Of a stretch of 64,000 nt of DNA, positions 1-9,628 are shown piece by piece. Position numbers and translations under genes: made by a program. The notes beneath the pieces were generated by a model. It was not told where the DNA came from and did no database searches. It saw only the letters and a program-made list of their open reading frames with translations. The DNA is from a virus. The DNA lies in the IMG/VR virus record IMGVR_UViG_3300022752_002834, positions 1 through 64,000 of that record, one strand, 5' to 3'. Every line of letters begins with the position of its first letter. Position 1 is the stretch's first letter.

Positions 1-1
1 G

Positions 2-1255
2 GGAGGGGGAGATCCTCCCGGTGGTGGCGGTGAAGGAGGTGGCGGTGGTGGAGGAGGTGGTGGAGGTGGTGGAGGAGGTGGCGGTGGAGGTGGCGGTGGA
101 GGTGGCGGTGGAGGTGGTGGTGGAGGAGGTGGCGGTGGAGGAGGTGGAGGCGGCGGAAGACCACCATGCCCATCAATCAGAGAAACAATACAAGCTCCCG
201 GAGGAGTAACAATAGATGATCTTGTCGCTGCTGGTAAAAATCCATTAATAGCTAATAACTGTAGCTTACTGTGGAGAGCGGCTGACAGTATACTAAGAGA
301 CAAGTGCAGAGACTCATGGAATAATAATCCATTTATAGATGCTCAAGGTGTTAGAATATATAAAAATACAGTTACAGAGGCTCAATTCCAAAATATTATA
401 AGACCATTCTTCCCCGCTCTAAATGATGATGTTAACGTGGAGTCTATGTTTGATTGTTTTGAACCAAACTGTCAGAAAAAAATAAATCGTAATAGAGGCA
501 GGGTTTGTAATGGTCAATGCTACTATGACTTTACTTATGAGCCAAAGCCAAAATTAAAACTTGGTGCGGATTGTAGAAAAACCGGACTATGCTGCTTATC
601 TACTGGAGGATGCGCCGCAAATATATCACAGTTAGAATGCTCACTATTAGCGCAAGATGAAAATGCTGATAATTGGACTTGGTATGCATATACCGATGAA
701 GATCCCGTACCAGAAGGCAAAGTGGCCGATGGAACTGATTGTAACGACGATACTGCTCCTTGTGGTGCTTGTGCAGATTATTGCTTCGATGATTGTACTA
801 TTAATGGTGCTGGATATGAAGAATTAGAAAACCATCTAAATAACTTCTACCAACACACTAGAGTAGCAAATTTGACAAACTTTGGCCCATATGGCATGGC
901 AGGTTTTGGTATAAGGTATAAAGACGGCGCGTTTGAGGAATTTGATGGATGTTCTTACTTTTTCTGGTCAGATGCTGCAAATAATTGGGTACTAACTCAA
1001 AGTGGACAACCTTGCAGAGTTGGCAAAAGTAGAATTCGTGTTTTTCAAATCAATTGTTCTACTTTTGAATTACAAGATATTACTCAGCAAATTATCGAAC
1101 CAATACCGGGATTCGGAATTTGGCAAGAAGATTTAACACAAGAATATTGTGATTTTCCTTTATTATTTCCAACAGATTGTGAAAGCAATGGTGGCTGTAC
1201 GGCAGAAGTACCAAGTTTTCTACCAGATCCAACAATATCCTGTACGGGGCCATAA
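2..1255 (+). CDS. 5'-truncated poly-Gly, Cys-rich protein (probable virion/fibre protein)
   Basis: The frame from base 2 (GGGDPPGGGGE-G41-RPPCPSIRET...) is open and in frame with track ORF 437..1255, so the gene starts upstream of the window. Cys-rich segments such as GLCCLSTGGC and GTDCNDDTAPCGAC. Confidence 0.85.
   Translation, partial: GGGDPPGGGGEGGGGGGGGGGGGGGGGGGGGGGGGGGGGGGGGGGGGGGGGGRPPCPSIRETIQAPGGVTIDDLVAAGKNPLIANNCSLLWRAADSILRDKCRDSWNNNPFIDAQGVRIYKNTVTEAQFQNIIRPFFPALNDDVNVESMFDCFEPNCQKKINRNRGRVCNGQCYYDFTYEPKPKLKLGADCRKTGLCCLSTGGCAANISQLECSLLAQDENADNWTWYAYTDEDPVPEGKVADGTDCNDDTAPCGACADYCFDDCTINGAGYEELENHLNNFYQHTRVANLTNFGPYGMAGFGIRYKDGAFEEFDGCSYFFWSDAANNWVLTQSGQPCRVGKSRIRVFQINCSTFELQDITQQIIEPIPGFGIWQEDLTQEYCDFPLLFPTDCESNGGCTAEVPSFLPDPTISCTGP
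35..157 (+). repeat. GGN trinucleotide tract encoding 41 consecutive glycines
   Basis: Uninterrupted GGA/GGT/GGC codons in frame 2. Confidence 0.95.
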
Positions 1256-1264
1256 TGAACTTAA

Positions 1265-1271
1265 GTGTATA
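1265..1271 (+). promoter_or_regulatory. Putative late promoter motif GTGTATA
   Basis: Intergenic, about 37 nt upstream of ATG 1308. The same motif occurs in other gaps (6157, 38930, 56711). Confidence 0.55.
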
Positions 1272-1307
1272 AATACATAGATAATTATTCAAAAACGAGG
1301 AAAAACT

Positions 1308-1826
1308 ATGCCTTGGCAAACAACACTACCAATAATGGTTAGATATTTAATTAGTGACGTAGATAGTTCTAATTACAAGTATTCTAATAGTAGAATAGAA
1401 AAGACCATTTTAGTTGGAGCGCAATTTGTTAGTTTAGAGCTAGATTTTCCAAATGTCTACACTATAGACATAGCCAATGATATTATATCTCCAGACCCAA
1501 CCGACCCTGCGACAAAAGATAATTCATTTATCAATCTACTAGCACTTAAAACTGCTTGTATTATAGTTGGTAGTGAAATGAAAACAGAAGCCGCAAACGC
1601 TATATCTATAAAAGACGGTCCATCTGCTATAGATTTAAGAGGTGTGGCTTCCACCCTTTCTGTGTTATATAAAGACCTTTGTGACAAATATAATGCTATG
1701 GCAGATGATTACAAATTTACTGGAGAAACTGGTCAAGCTATTCTTGGGCCATATAGCCCCGGTGCGGATTTTATATCTCGCACACATAACGACTACGATT
1801 TTAGAGGCAACTACTTTAGGTACTAA
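1308..1826 (+). CDS. Putative head-tail adaptor/connector protein
   Basis: 172 aa, GAGG RBS. Helical N-terminus (VRYLISD...YSNSRI) and position ahead of the neck/tail genes resemble gp15/gp6-type adaptors. Confidence 0.5.
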   Translation: MPWQTTLPIMVRYLISDVDSSNYKYSNSRIEKTILVGAQFVSLELDFPNVYTIDIANDIISPDPTDPATKDNSFINLLALKTACIIVGSEMKTEAANAISIKDGPSAIDLRGVASTLSVLYKDLCDKYNAMADDYKFTGETGQAILGPYSPGADFISRTHNDYDFRGNYFRY

Positions 1827-1838
1827 TGGAGGATTTTC

Positions 1839-2756
1839 ATGGCTATTTTATCAAAAGATCAAATCAAGACCAATGTACAGAGTGAACTAGCGGATAATAA
1901 CGCTGGTTTAATTTCTGCTTATGATGTTCGCCATAATATGGAGGATATTGTTGATTCTATAAATCAAATAGTTGCTAGCGGCGACTTTGAATCAACCAAT
2001 CCATTCGTAAACAATGTAAAATTTTTAAGAAACATCATCGCGCAGTCCGGTATTCAATTTAGTGATACAACTATACAATATACCGCTTATCCCGGCCCCG
2101 GAAGCGTTCAGCACAATTCTCTTGCTGGATTAACAACCGGAGATGTTCATACTCAATACTTGCCACTTGGGGGTGTTAGAGTTATGACAAACAATCTTGG
2201 TCTTGGTAGCAACTGGATTAATTCTAGCGGAAATTCTCAAATCAGTAGCAGTAATAATAGGGGCATTAGATTTCAATACGCATCTTCTACTCAAGAAAAT
2301 GTAATTATTGGTAACAAGTCTACTGTTGTATTTGAAACAGATAGCTCAAAAATGAATACCGCTAAAGGTGTTGCTAAAGCTTGGATTAGCTTTGATGCCA
2401 GTGGTGTTTCGCACGTTCCAGCAGTGCGAGACTCATATAACATAACCCGGTTAGAAAAGATAGAAGTAGGTAAGTTTAGAATAGTATTTACATCCGGTAC
2501 TCTTAAAAATAACGATTACGTCGCTATCGGCACAAGTAATTCAAGAACAACAGCCGCAAGCAAAGAAGACTTCGACATCAATACCGTTGGCATTGTTGCT
2601 AGATCTGGCGACGATACATCATTATTAAGAAGTTTAACTTTCTGCATACTTAATGATGCTGGTAATTATGTTGATGCACAGATCAATGATCTTGTTGTCT
2701 ATGGTCTTGGCGTTGGCGAATCTAGCGGAGTGCCACCAACAGTAGTAGTACTATAA
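1839..2756 (+). CDS. Fibre/collar-like virion protein
   Basis: HNSLAGLTTGDVHTQY motif and a C-terminal AKAWISFD...SYNITRLEK..VGKFRIVF domain, both typical of phage fibre proteins. Confidence 0.6.
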   Translation: MAILSKDQIKTNVQSELADNNAGLISAYDVRHNMEDIVDSINQIVASGDFESTNPFVNNVKFLRNIIAQSGIQFSDTTIQYTAYPGPGSVQHNSLAGLTTGDVHTQYLPLGGVRVMTNNLGLGSNWINSSGNSQISSSNNRGIRFQYASSTQENVIIGNKSTVVFETDSSKMNTAKGVAKAWISFDASGVSHVPAVRDSYNITRLEKIEVGKFRIVFTSGTLKNNDYVAIGTSNSRTTAASKEDFDINTVGIVARSGDDTSLLRSLTFCILNDAGNYVDAQINDLVVYGLGVGESSGVPPTVVVL

Positions 2757-2768
2757 TTGGAGTAAAAA

Positions 2769-4055
2769 ATGCTAAATATCTACGATAGAATAAAAGAAAC
2801 AAGTTATACTATTGGAACTGGCAACATTGTCCTCAATGGGGCTGTTGCTAGCTTTAGCACATTTGACTCCGTATATGACAATGGCGATAATTTATTTTAT
2901 GCAGTCACTGATGGTGTTTTCTATGAAGTTGGATCTGGCGTTTTTGCTACTGGTATAGAAGACTCTATTAAAAGATTTCCATTTAGAAGCAGTAATAGCA
3001 ATGCTGTGGTGAATTTTGGCGAAGGCTTAAAAGAAGTATTTGCCACATACCCCGCAACACATTCTGTATTTAATGGATCTGGATTACATACATATTCTGT
3101 CCCACAAGAAAGCGGAGTTGCATTTTGGGCTTCTGATCACATTATAAACTATGATAGTAGTCTCTTATGGGATAGATACAATAAAAGATTGGGCATATTA
3201 AAAAATCCTCCTCAGTACGCAATAGACATCGGCGGTAGAGCCACTCAGTCTATTATAAGATCATCTGGTATACTAACTGGATCATCTGGTATATTTTTTC
3301 CATCTGGAAACAATGGAGACTCTTCTTATTTAGGAGGAAGACAATTAGCTCATTATGAACCAAATGTTCTTAACTCTACAACCGGTAGCAATCAAGTGTT
3401 AGAACTAAGCGGAGTAGCTAAGAATAATATACTCTTTAAAAAGCAAAATGCTGGATTAGTATTTGCTGGCCCAGCTAGTGGATGCACACCACCTTGTTCT
3501 CCAGACTATCCATCATTTAGACCACTATTAATTGAAGATATTCAAGATGTAGATATTTCAGTAGTCAATAACGGCAGTGGCTTAGTTTTCGATCAAAAGT
3601 TAGGCGTAAATACATCTCGCTTAGATGGAAATTTATCATCTTACACCAATCAATTTAACCCACTAACAAGTGGAAATTGGCTTAAAGCATCATATTTAGC
3701 ATCTGGTTTATATGGAGGCGCTGTAACACTCATAGATACAGTTGCTACTAATAACTCTGGTAGATTTGGCTATTCATTATTCACAACATCTTCTGGAACA
3801 AATTTTAACATCGGTGTTAGCAATATCAATGGAACAGTTTCTAATGCATTGGTAGTAAATACAAAATTTAATCCATCTAGCGTTTCTGGTTCTGCTTTAG
3901 AATTTTATGGAAATACCATGAGGGTCACATATCCTAGAACACCAGCTTCTGGAAACGCTGCTGGTAATCAAGGTGATATCTGTTGGGATAGTGGTTATTT
4001 ATATGTATGCATCAGTACGAATTCTTGGAAAAGATCTGCTTTATCTTCTTGGTAA
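2769..4055 (+). CDS. Fibre-like virion protein
   Basis: N-terminal DRIKETSYTIGTGNIVLNGAV..F..F and C-terminal TPASGNAAGNQGDICWDSGYLYVC...NSWKR..LSSW, both recurrent phage fibre modules. Ser/Gly/Asn-rich. Confidence 0.65.
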   Translation: MLNIYDRIKETSYTIGTGNIVLNGAVASFSTFDSVYDNGDNLFYAVTDGVFYEVGSGVFATGIEDSIKRFPFRSSNSNAVVNFGEGLKEVFATYPATHSVFNGSGLHTYSVPQESGVAFWASDHIINYDSSLLWDRYNKRLGILKNPPQYAIDIGGRATQSIIRSSGILTGSSGIFFPSGNNGDSSYLGGRQLAHYEPNVLNSTTGSNQVLELSGVAKNNILFKKQNAGLVFAGPASGCTPPCSPDYPSFRPLLIEDIQDVDISVVNNGSGLVFDQKLGVNTSRLDGNLSSYTNQFNPLTSGNWLKASYLASGLYGGAVTLIDTVATNNSGRFGYSLFTTSSGTNFNIGVSNINGTVSNALVVNTKFNPSSVSGSALEFYGNTMRVTYPRTPASGNAAGNQGDICWDSGYLYVCISTNSWKRSALSSW

Positions 4056-4066
4056 TAAGGTGATTT

Positions 4067-4549
4067 ATGCCAGTATATGTTCCAGAAAGTGTATTCGACA
4101 AATATTATGATGTTATAGACTCCACCTTTGATATTTTTGGTGTTACTTGCCAATTAGTATCAATAAACAAAGTGGAAGAAATTGTCTATAATCCAAACAA
4201 TAACGTTATAGAAAAAAACTCTATCAACGCTCACCGTGTTCGTGGCGGTGATTATGAACGTAGCAATAAAGTTATAAAAGAAGTAGAAGTGTTAACAGAC
4301 ATAAAGTTAAAAGTCTATTGGGATCAAAAAAACTGGGTTGGGGTTGGTGGAAATATAGTTCTACCAGACGGCGCAATACAGACTATAGGATTTATGACAG
4401 ATTTGCCAAAAGTTTTAAACGCCAAAGCTTTGATAGTGCATAAAAGCATCAAAGACTATAAAGAATTAAGGTTCGAAAGGGTTGGCGAGCATATTCCAAT
4501 GGGCCTTAGACAAAATAGATATTTTGGATGCATGTGGAGAAGAGTATAA
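4067..4549 (+). CDS. Putative head-closure (stopper) protein
   Basis: 160 aa, beta-rich, located in the neck module. AAGGTG RBS. Confidence 0.45.
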   Translation: MPVYVPESVFDKYYDVIDSTFDIFGVTCQLVSINKVEEIVYNPNNNVIEKNSINAHRVRGGDYERSNKVIKEVEVLTDIKLKVYWDQKNWVGVGGNIVLPDGAIQTIGFMTDLPKVLNAKALIVHKSIKDYKELRFERVGEHIPMGLRQNRYFGCMWRRV

Positions 4550-5181
4550 TGACTCTCTCTATTAATATAGTAGACACCGAAAAACAAATAGAACAAAATA
4601 TTAATGCGGCCATAGCGGATGCTATTAACGATATAATATCAAGAAATTTAAAGAGTATAGAAACTTCAGTAAAATCTTTGATACCTTCTTGGATATTATC
4701 ACAACCAGAAATGGTATCACTACAATCGACAGACCCATCATCTTTAGCTGGACAATTCGGTATTCAAGGATCGGTTAGCTTAATAGTAAATAATATAGTT
4801 CAAGCTGTTGCAAATGCTACAAATATAAATTTCGTTAAGTATACTAAGAAACTAAAGGGCGGATTAGAATTACAATTTCAACCAACAGATTTTAATAACC
4901 TATTATCTTTACCAGATGGTCATACTAGATATCGCGGTGGAGACTTGCACTGGTTAGATTGGTTACTTAAAAGAGGCGATAACATTATTGTGGTTAATTA
5001 TCAGTATAATCCAAAAACCGGATTAGGTAGATCTGGTTTAGGAAATATGATAGGGGGTGGATCATTTAGAGTGCCACCACAATTTTCTGGCACAGAATCT
5101 GATAACTTTATTACAAGAGCGTTTATAGGATCAAATCAAGAGCAGCAAATATCTGATTTAATACAAAGGGCGCTTACATGA
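4549..5181 (+). CDS. Putative neck/tail-completion protein
   Basis: Likely start is ATG 4549, overlapping the upstream TAA (track start 4528). LHWLDWLL and NFITRA motifs; lies between stopper and terminator. Confidence 0.45.
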   Translation: MTLSINIVDTEKQIEQNINAAIADAINDIISRNLKSIETSVKSLIPSWILSQPEMVSLQSTDPSSLAGQFGIQGSVSLIVNNIVQAVANATNINFVKYTKKLKGGLELQFQPTDFNNLLSLPDGHTRYRGGDLHWLDWLLKRGDNIIVVNYQYNPKTGLGRSGLGNMIGGGSFRVPPQFSGTESDNFITRAFIGSNQEQQISDLIQRALT

Positions 5182-6152
5182 CAGATTATCTAAATTTAAA
5201 AGGTTTTGATAGCATATCCGACAATACTCTCGGAAACGAGATACAAGATAATCTAGTCGAATTTTTAGATTGGGCCTTACTACAAAAGGGCAACTATCAA
5301 AATGTTACATTAGATGAATTAGCCCCAAATGGTCAAGATTATAGCAAACTAAGACCATCATCCAATCCGCACTACCCTAGCGGTTTAGCTTGGGAAGGAT
5401 TTAGAAAAAATTGGGTTTGGCAAAGTGGTGTATCGTATAATCCAGCCCCGATGGTCGGCACAAATCCAGCTATTCCCGGAATATCTGGTATTTATGTAAA
5501 TGATGTATTTTATGCGTCTAGTACGTCTGGCACGTATGCCCATAAAGTAGACTACTATAATGGACGGGTCATATTTAATAGCCCAGTGTCCAGTGGAAAT
5601 ACCGTTCAAGCAGAATATAGCTATAAATATATTAATATTATATACGCCAATAGCTTACCGTGGCTAAGAGAAATACAGTATAGGACTCTAGATTTTCCAA
5701 CATCGTTTAATATCGATGGTAAAGGCGATTTTAATCTTCCAGCAGAAAATAGGATACAATTACCAGCAATAGCCATAGAAGTTGTACCAAAACGAAGTCT
5801 TAGAGGATATCAACTTGGTGGTGGTCAGTTTGTTGATACAGACATACTTTTTCATTGTTTAGCAGAAGATGAGTTTACCAGAAACAAATTAGTAGATATT
5901 ATATCTCTACAAAATGAGAAAACCATCTATATGTTCAACAGTAATTCTATAGCAAATAGTGGCGATTTTCCGCTAGACTACAAAGGTATTCCGGTTTCTG
6001 GAGCATTAAGATATCCAGATTTAGTGCTAAAACATTTTAGAGGTAAAGTACGGTTAAAAAATTCGATTGTCCAAGGTATGGACCTAGTTAATACCAACTT
6101 TTATGCTGGTATAGTTAGAATGACAGTCGAAACTATAGAAGAAAACATATAA
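5178..6152 (+). CDS. Putative tail terminator/neck protein
   Basis: QLPAIAIE...GYQLGGG motif, immediately upstream of the tail tube gene. Confidence 0.5.
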   Translation: MTDYLNLKGFDSISDNTLGNEIQDNLVEFLDWALLQKGNYQNVTLDELAPNGQDYSKLRPSSNPHYPSGLAWEGFRKNWVWQSGVSYNPAPMVGTNPAIPGISGIYVNDVFYASSTSGTYAHKVDYYNGRVIFNSPVSSGNTVQAEYSYKYINIIYANSLPWLREIQYRTLDFPTSFNIDGKGDFNLPAENRIQLPAIAIEVVPKRSLRGYQLGGGQFVDTDILFHCLAEDEFTRNKLVDIISLQNEKTIYMFNSNSIANSGDFPLDYKGIPVSGALRYPDLVLKHFRGKVRLKNSIVQGMDLVNTNFYAGIVRMTVETIEENI

Positions 6153-6164
6153 TTTCGTGTATAT
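6149..6164 (+). promoter_or_regulatory. Putative late promoter ATAATTTCGTGTATAT
   Basis: 16-nt exact match to 38922..38937. Both precede genes with a strong AAGGAG RBS. Confidence 0.65.
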
Positions 6165-6200
6165 CTTATTAGAATTCCACACTCTTAAAGGAGAGACTAA

Positions 6201-7280
6201 ATGGCCGCTAATAATAGAATTTTTTATGCTTGCCAAGCAGTAGCTATAGGTAGATACCAAGTTGGCGGATCTGCGCCGGGAGCTACACCAGCTGAACTGC
6301 TAAAATCGGTTCACGGCGTTCAAAGCGTTGGTATCAATACAAGTTTTAATCTTGAACAAGCTTTCGAATTAGGTCAGATTTCTATTTATGAAAATATTGA
6401 AGGCTTACCAGACATTGAAGTAACAATAGAAAAAGTATTAGACGGCTATCCATTAATATACCACATGGCAACCAGTGGTGTAATAGAAGTCACCCCATCA
6501 ACAAATAGCTTGGTCGCAAGAGCAAAGCAAAGATGCAATGTTGCTCTTGGTATTTTTAGCGATGAAAAAGAAACAGTAAGTGGCGTTGCTCCAGTAGAAG
6601 TCTTAATGAGTGGTATGTATGTTAGCTCATTAAGTTACACCTTACCAGTTGATGGAAATGCTAAAGAATCAGTAACATTAGTTGGAAATTCTAAAGGCTG
6701 GTTTACAAGCGCCGGAGCTATCACAAATTCTTGGACTAATAACGTCGCGCTAGCACAAGCTCTAAACTTTAATAATGACTCTCCTATAGCAGTTGGTGGT
6801 ATTCAAAGACGAGAAGACGTTATGATGGCGAATTCTATATTACCCATATCAATTTATGGCGTTACACAATCAGAAACTGCTGGAAATAATTGGGATAATG
6901 TTAAACTAAGACCAAAAGCTCATATTCAAAATATTACTATAAGTACTGATCTTGGTCGTGAAGATATTTTAGAATTAGGACATAAAGAGCCATATTATAG
7001 AAGTGCTACATTCCCAGTAGAAGTAACTAGTGAGTTTGAGGTTATCGCTGTTTCTGGTGACTTTATAAACGCCTATGCTAATGGTGATAATACATCAACT
7101 CAAAAAATCCTAATTGAATTAAGAGATGGTACTACTTTTGATCTTGGTGATGAAAATAGATTATCATCTGTTAACTATACTGGCGGTGATGCTGGCGGTG
7201 GAAATGTTAGTATAACATATAGTTTTTCAACTTATAACGACTTAACAATACTGCCCCCATCTAACTTTGTTACACCATAG
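6201..7280 (+). CDS. Major tail tube protein
   Basis: VHGVQSVGINTSFNLEQAFELGQ and an internal repeat IQNITISTDLGREDILELG (duplicated tube fold). Own promoter motif and strong RBS; upstream of chaperones and TMP. Confidence 0.7.
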   Translation: MAANNRIFYACQAVAIGRYQVGGSAPGATPAELLKSVHGVQSVGINTSFNLEQAFELGQISIYENIEGLPDIEVTIEKVLDGYPLIYHMATSGVIEVTPSTNSLVARAKQRCNVALGIFSDEKETVSGVAPVEVLMSGMYVSSLSYTLPVDGNAKESVTLVGNSKGWFTSAGAITNSWTNNVALAQALNFNNDSPIAVGGIQRREDVMMANSILPISIYGVTQSETAGNNWDNVKLRPKAHIQNITISTDLGREDILELGHKEPYYRSATFPVEVTSEFEVIAVSGDFINAYANGDNTSTQKILIELRDGTTFDLGDENRLSSVNYTGGDAGGGNVSITYSFSTYNDLTILPPSNFVTP

Positions 7281-7328
7281 TTAATTCTATAAATTCGATT
7301 AGGACTTTAAAAGGACATAAATAATACT

Positions 7329-7378
7329 AGACTCCCGCAAATGAGGTTTTTATGAAACACCATGAGCGGGAGTTTTTT
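7329..7378 (+). terminator. Hairpin plus U-tract overlapping the RBS and start codon of the next gene
   Basis: ACTCCCGC (7331-7338) pairs with GCGGGAGT (7366-7373), enclosing GAGG and ATG 7352. A T run follows. Confidence 0.6.
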
Positions 7379-8404
7379 ATTTCTATGATAAGGTTCGGCG
7401 GATTATACATTGAAAAAGATAATCTTACATTATTGGTAAAACCGCTTACGATAGAACAGAGTTATAAAGCATCTTTAATATACAATAAAGCTTACGAACA
7501 AGCTATTATTGATGAAATAATGAGCGAAGACGAAATAAATGAATGGATGTTACAAAATGGATTATGGTCAAAGACTCATGAAGACAAAACAGAAGGTTTC
7601 AAAAAAGATCTAGAAAAATTGAAAATAGAAATTTATAATAACAGAAATGACTCCAAGCTACGCGAGCGTATACGATTATATATTCGCACTGGCGAAAAAC
7701 AAATGTCAGAACACTTACGAGAAAAATCCATATACTATCAAAATTCTAGAGAAGGATACGCACTATCTGAAAAAATAGCTTGGATAATAAAAAACTCAAC
7801 ATATTGCGATAATCAACTATATGACTTTAAAGATATATCAGTCTCTTATGTTGTTGATGAGTGGCAAAGCTCGGTTTTATCTGAAGGCATTATAAGAGAA
7901 TTAGCAAGAGAAGAACCTTGGAAATCTTTGTGGTCGATTAAAAGCAATGGAATCAAAAAACTATTCTATAATGAGGACAACCAAGAGCTAACACTAAACC
8001 AGAAAAATCTTGTTATTTGGTCACAGATATACGACAACATACAAGAGTCTATGGATTGTCCAAATGATGATGTTATAAAAGATGATGATCTACTAGATGG
8101 CTGGTTTTTAATTCAAGCTAAGAAACGCGAAAAGGAAAAATTAGAAAAGGAATTTGAGAGTGGAACAAAAAATGACAAAATTAAGAATGCTGGTGAAGTA
8201 TATGTGATGGTTGATCCTAATGATAAAGATAGTATTGACAAAGTAGATTCGATGAATGATTCTATATCTCAATTGATCAAAAAACAAAGATTCGAAGTTA
8301 TCAAACAAAAGAACGGCGCTTATCAACATGATTTTGCTGACGAAAAACAAAAAATGCAAATGCAAATTACAAACCAAATGAGGAACAACATAAGAGGAGG
8401 ATGA
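7352..8404 (+). CDS. Hypothetical protein, possible tail assembly chaperone
   Basis: 350 aa, charged and helical, between tube and TMP. DDVIKDDDLLDGW motif. Confidence 0.5.
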   Translation: MKHHEREFFISMIRFGGLYIEKDNLTLLVKPLTIEQSYKASLIYNKAYEQAIIDEIMSEDEINEWMLQNGLWSKTHEDKTEGFKKDLEKLKIEIYNNRNDSKLRERIRLYIRTGEKQMSEHLREKSIYYQNSREGYALSEKIAWIIKNSTYCDNQLYDFKDISVSYVVDEWQSSVLSEGIIRELAREEPWKSLWSIKSNGIKKLFYNEDNQELTLNQKNLVIWSQIYDNIQESMDCPNDDVIKDDDLLDGWFLIQAKKREKEKLEKEFESGTKNDKIKNAGEVYVMVDPNDKDSIDKVDSMNDSISQLIKKQRFEVIKQKNGAYQHDFADEKQKMQMQITNQMRNNIRGG

Positions 8405-8736
8405 TGATGGACCAACCAGAATATAAAAAGATAAGAGAACAAAAGTACAAAGTTGAATCTAAAGAAAGATTGTCAAAGATTCTCAAGAAGAAAATTCAAA
8501 CCACAATGATCGGTGCTTTAAGTAGCATAGAAGAAAATTTTGGTTTTCTATGGGATGACTCAAAACCCGCACTGACTAAAGAAGCTATGAAAGATCTATA
8601 CAATAAAGTAAGATCAGAAATACTAGATAGAGGAAATAATCAAGCTCGCAACATTGATGCTGAATTGTCACAGTACGAAGTTGAGTGGCTAAGATATTCA
8701 ATTAAAATTCCTGTTGTTCAAAAACCACAAAATTAA
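8401..8736 (+). CDS. Hypothetical protein (tail assembly region)
   Basis: 111 aa, GAGGAGG RBS, overlaps the upstream stop. Confidence 0.6.
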   Translation: MMMDQPEYKKIREQKYKVESKERLSKILKKKIQTTMIGALSSIEENFGFLWDDSKPALTKEAMKDLYNKVRSEILDRGNNQARNIDAELSQYEVEWLRYSIKIPVVQKPQN

Positions 8737-8747
8737 AGGAGGAAAAA

Positions 8748-9593
8748 ATGAGCAAGGATAAAGAAAAAGTCGTAGAAGCAGACGTTAATGGTAACAAAAT
8801 AAAAGTCGTTGTTAAAAAGCCAAATAATGTCACCATTTCACAGGCACAAAGAGTCGGAGCCAAGGCTTGGACAGACTGTGTTAGAGATGGAATTATGACC
8901 AAAAAAGAACTAGAAAAGTTTATGAAAGAGCAAGGCATTTGGGACGATGGCAAAGATAAGGAGCAGAAGACCCTTGTTGAAGAAATCGCCTCGCTAGAAA
9001 AACAGCTATATGTAGGCTCACAAGGCCATACAAAGCTAAAAGCTTCAGAAGGCAAAGATATTGCGATTAAAATGAGAATGAAAAGAGCAGAATTACGAGA
9101 CTTGATTGCGGATCGTATTTCTCTAGAGCAAAATACTGCTGAATCTATTTCGGATAATGCTCGTTTTGACTACCTTGTAGCAAATTGTGCATTTTATGAA
9201 AATGGACAGAAAGTGTATAACTCCTTAGAGGAATATCAGTCTAGGGCAGACGCTGAACCAGCATTTACCGTGGCCTCTACGCTCGCGGGAATGCTATATT
9301 CTGTGGACAGAGATTTCGAAGCCAAATTGCCAGAAAATAAGTTCCTTAAGATGTTTAATTACGTCAATGAGGATCTTAGTCTAGTAAATCAGTCTGGCGA
9401 AACGGTAGATTTAGAAGGTCGCAGAATAGACAAAAATGGTTACTATCTAAACAGCGAAGGTAAGCGTGTAGATAAAGATGGCAACCTCCTAGATGAATTC
9501 GGTAATTATGTTCCCACTGTGGAATATATTACAGAAGATGATTCTGATGAAGAGAAGAAAGATAAACGTAAGAAGAAAACAACGGATAGCTGA
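8748..9593 (+). CDS. Putative tail assembly chaperone
   Basis: AGGAGG RBS; charged protein directly upstream of TMP. Shares a M.++G+W..+ coiled segment with 7352..8404. C-terminal D/N-x-x-G heptad repeats. Confidence 0.5.
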   Translation: MSKDKEKVVEADVNGNKIKVVVKKPNNVTISQAQRVGAKAWTDCVRDGIMTKKELEKFMKEQGIWDDGKDKEQKTLVEEIASLEKQLYVGSQGHTKLKASEGKDIAIKMRMKRAELRDLIADRISLEQNTAESISDNARFDYLVANCAFYENGQKVYNSLEEYQSRADAEPAFTVASTLAGMLYSVDRDFEAKLPENKFLKMFNYVNEDLSLVNQSGETVDLEGRRIDKNGYYLNSEGKRVDKDGNLLDEFGNYVPTVEYITEDDSDEEKKDKRKKKTTDS

Positions 9594-9628
9594 TAGATAG
9601 TGTTGTGTGGCTTTAACAAGGGTACATT

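Noticed and set aside
21-209. Track ORF encoding a Val/Glu-rich 62-aa peptide
   Set aside because: Shadow frame of the poly-Gly tract; frame 2 is open and joins ORF 437..1255.
8700-9628. Programmed -1 frameshift in tail chaperone genes
   Set aside because: No properly phased X XXY YYZ heptamer seen near the ORF ends; each ORF has its own RBS.
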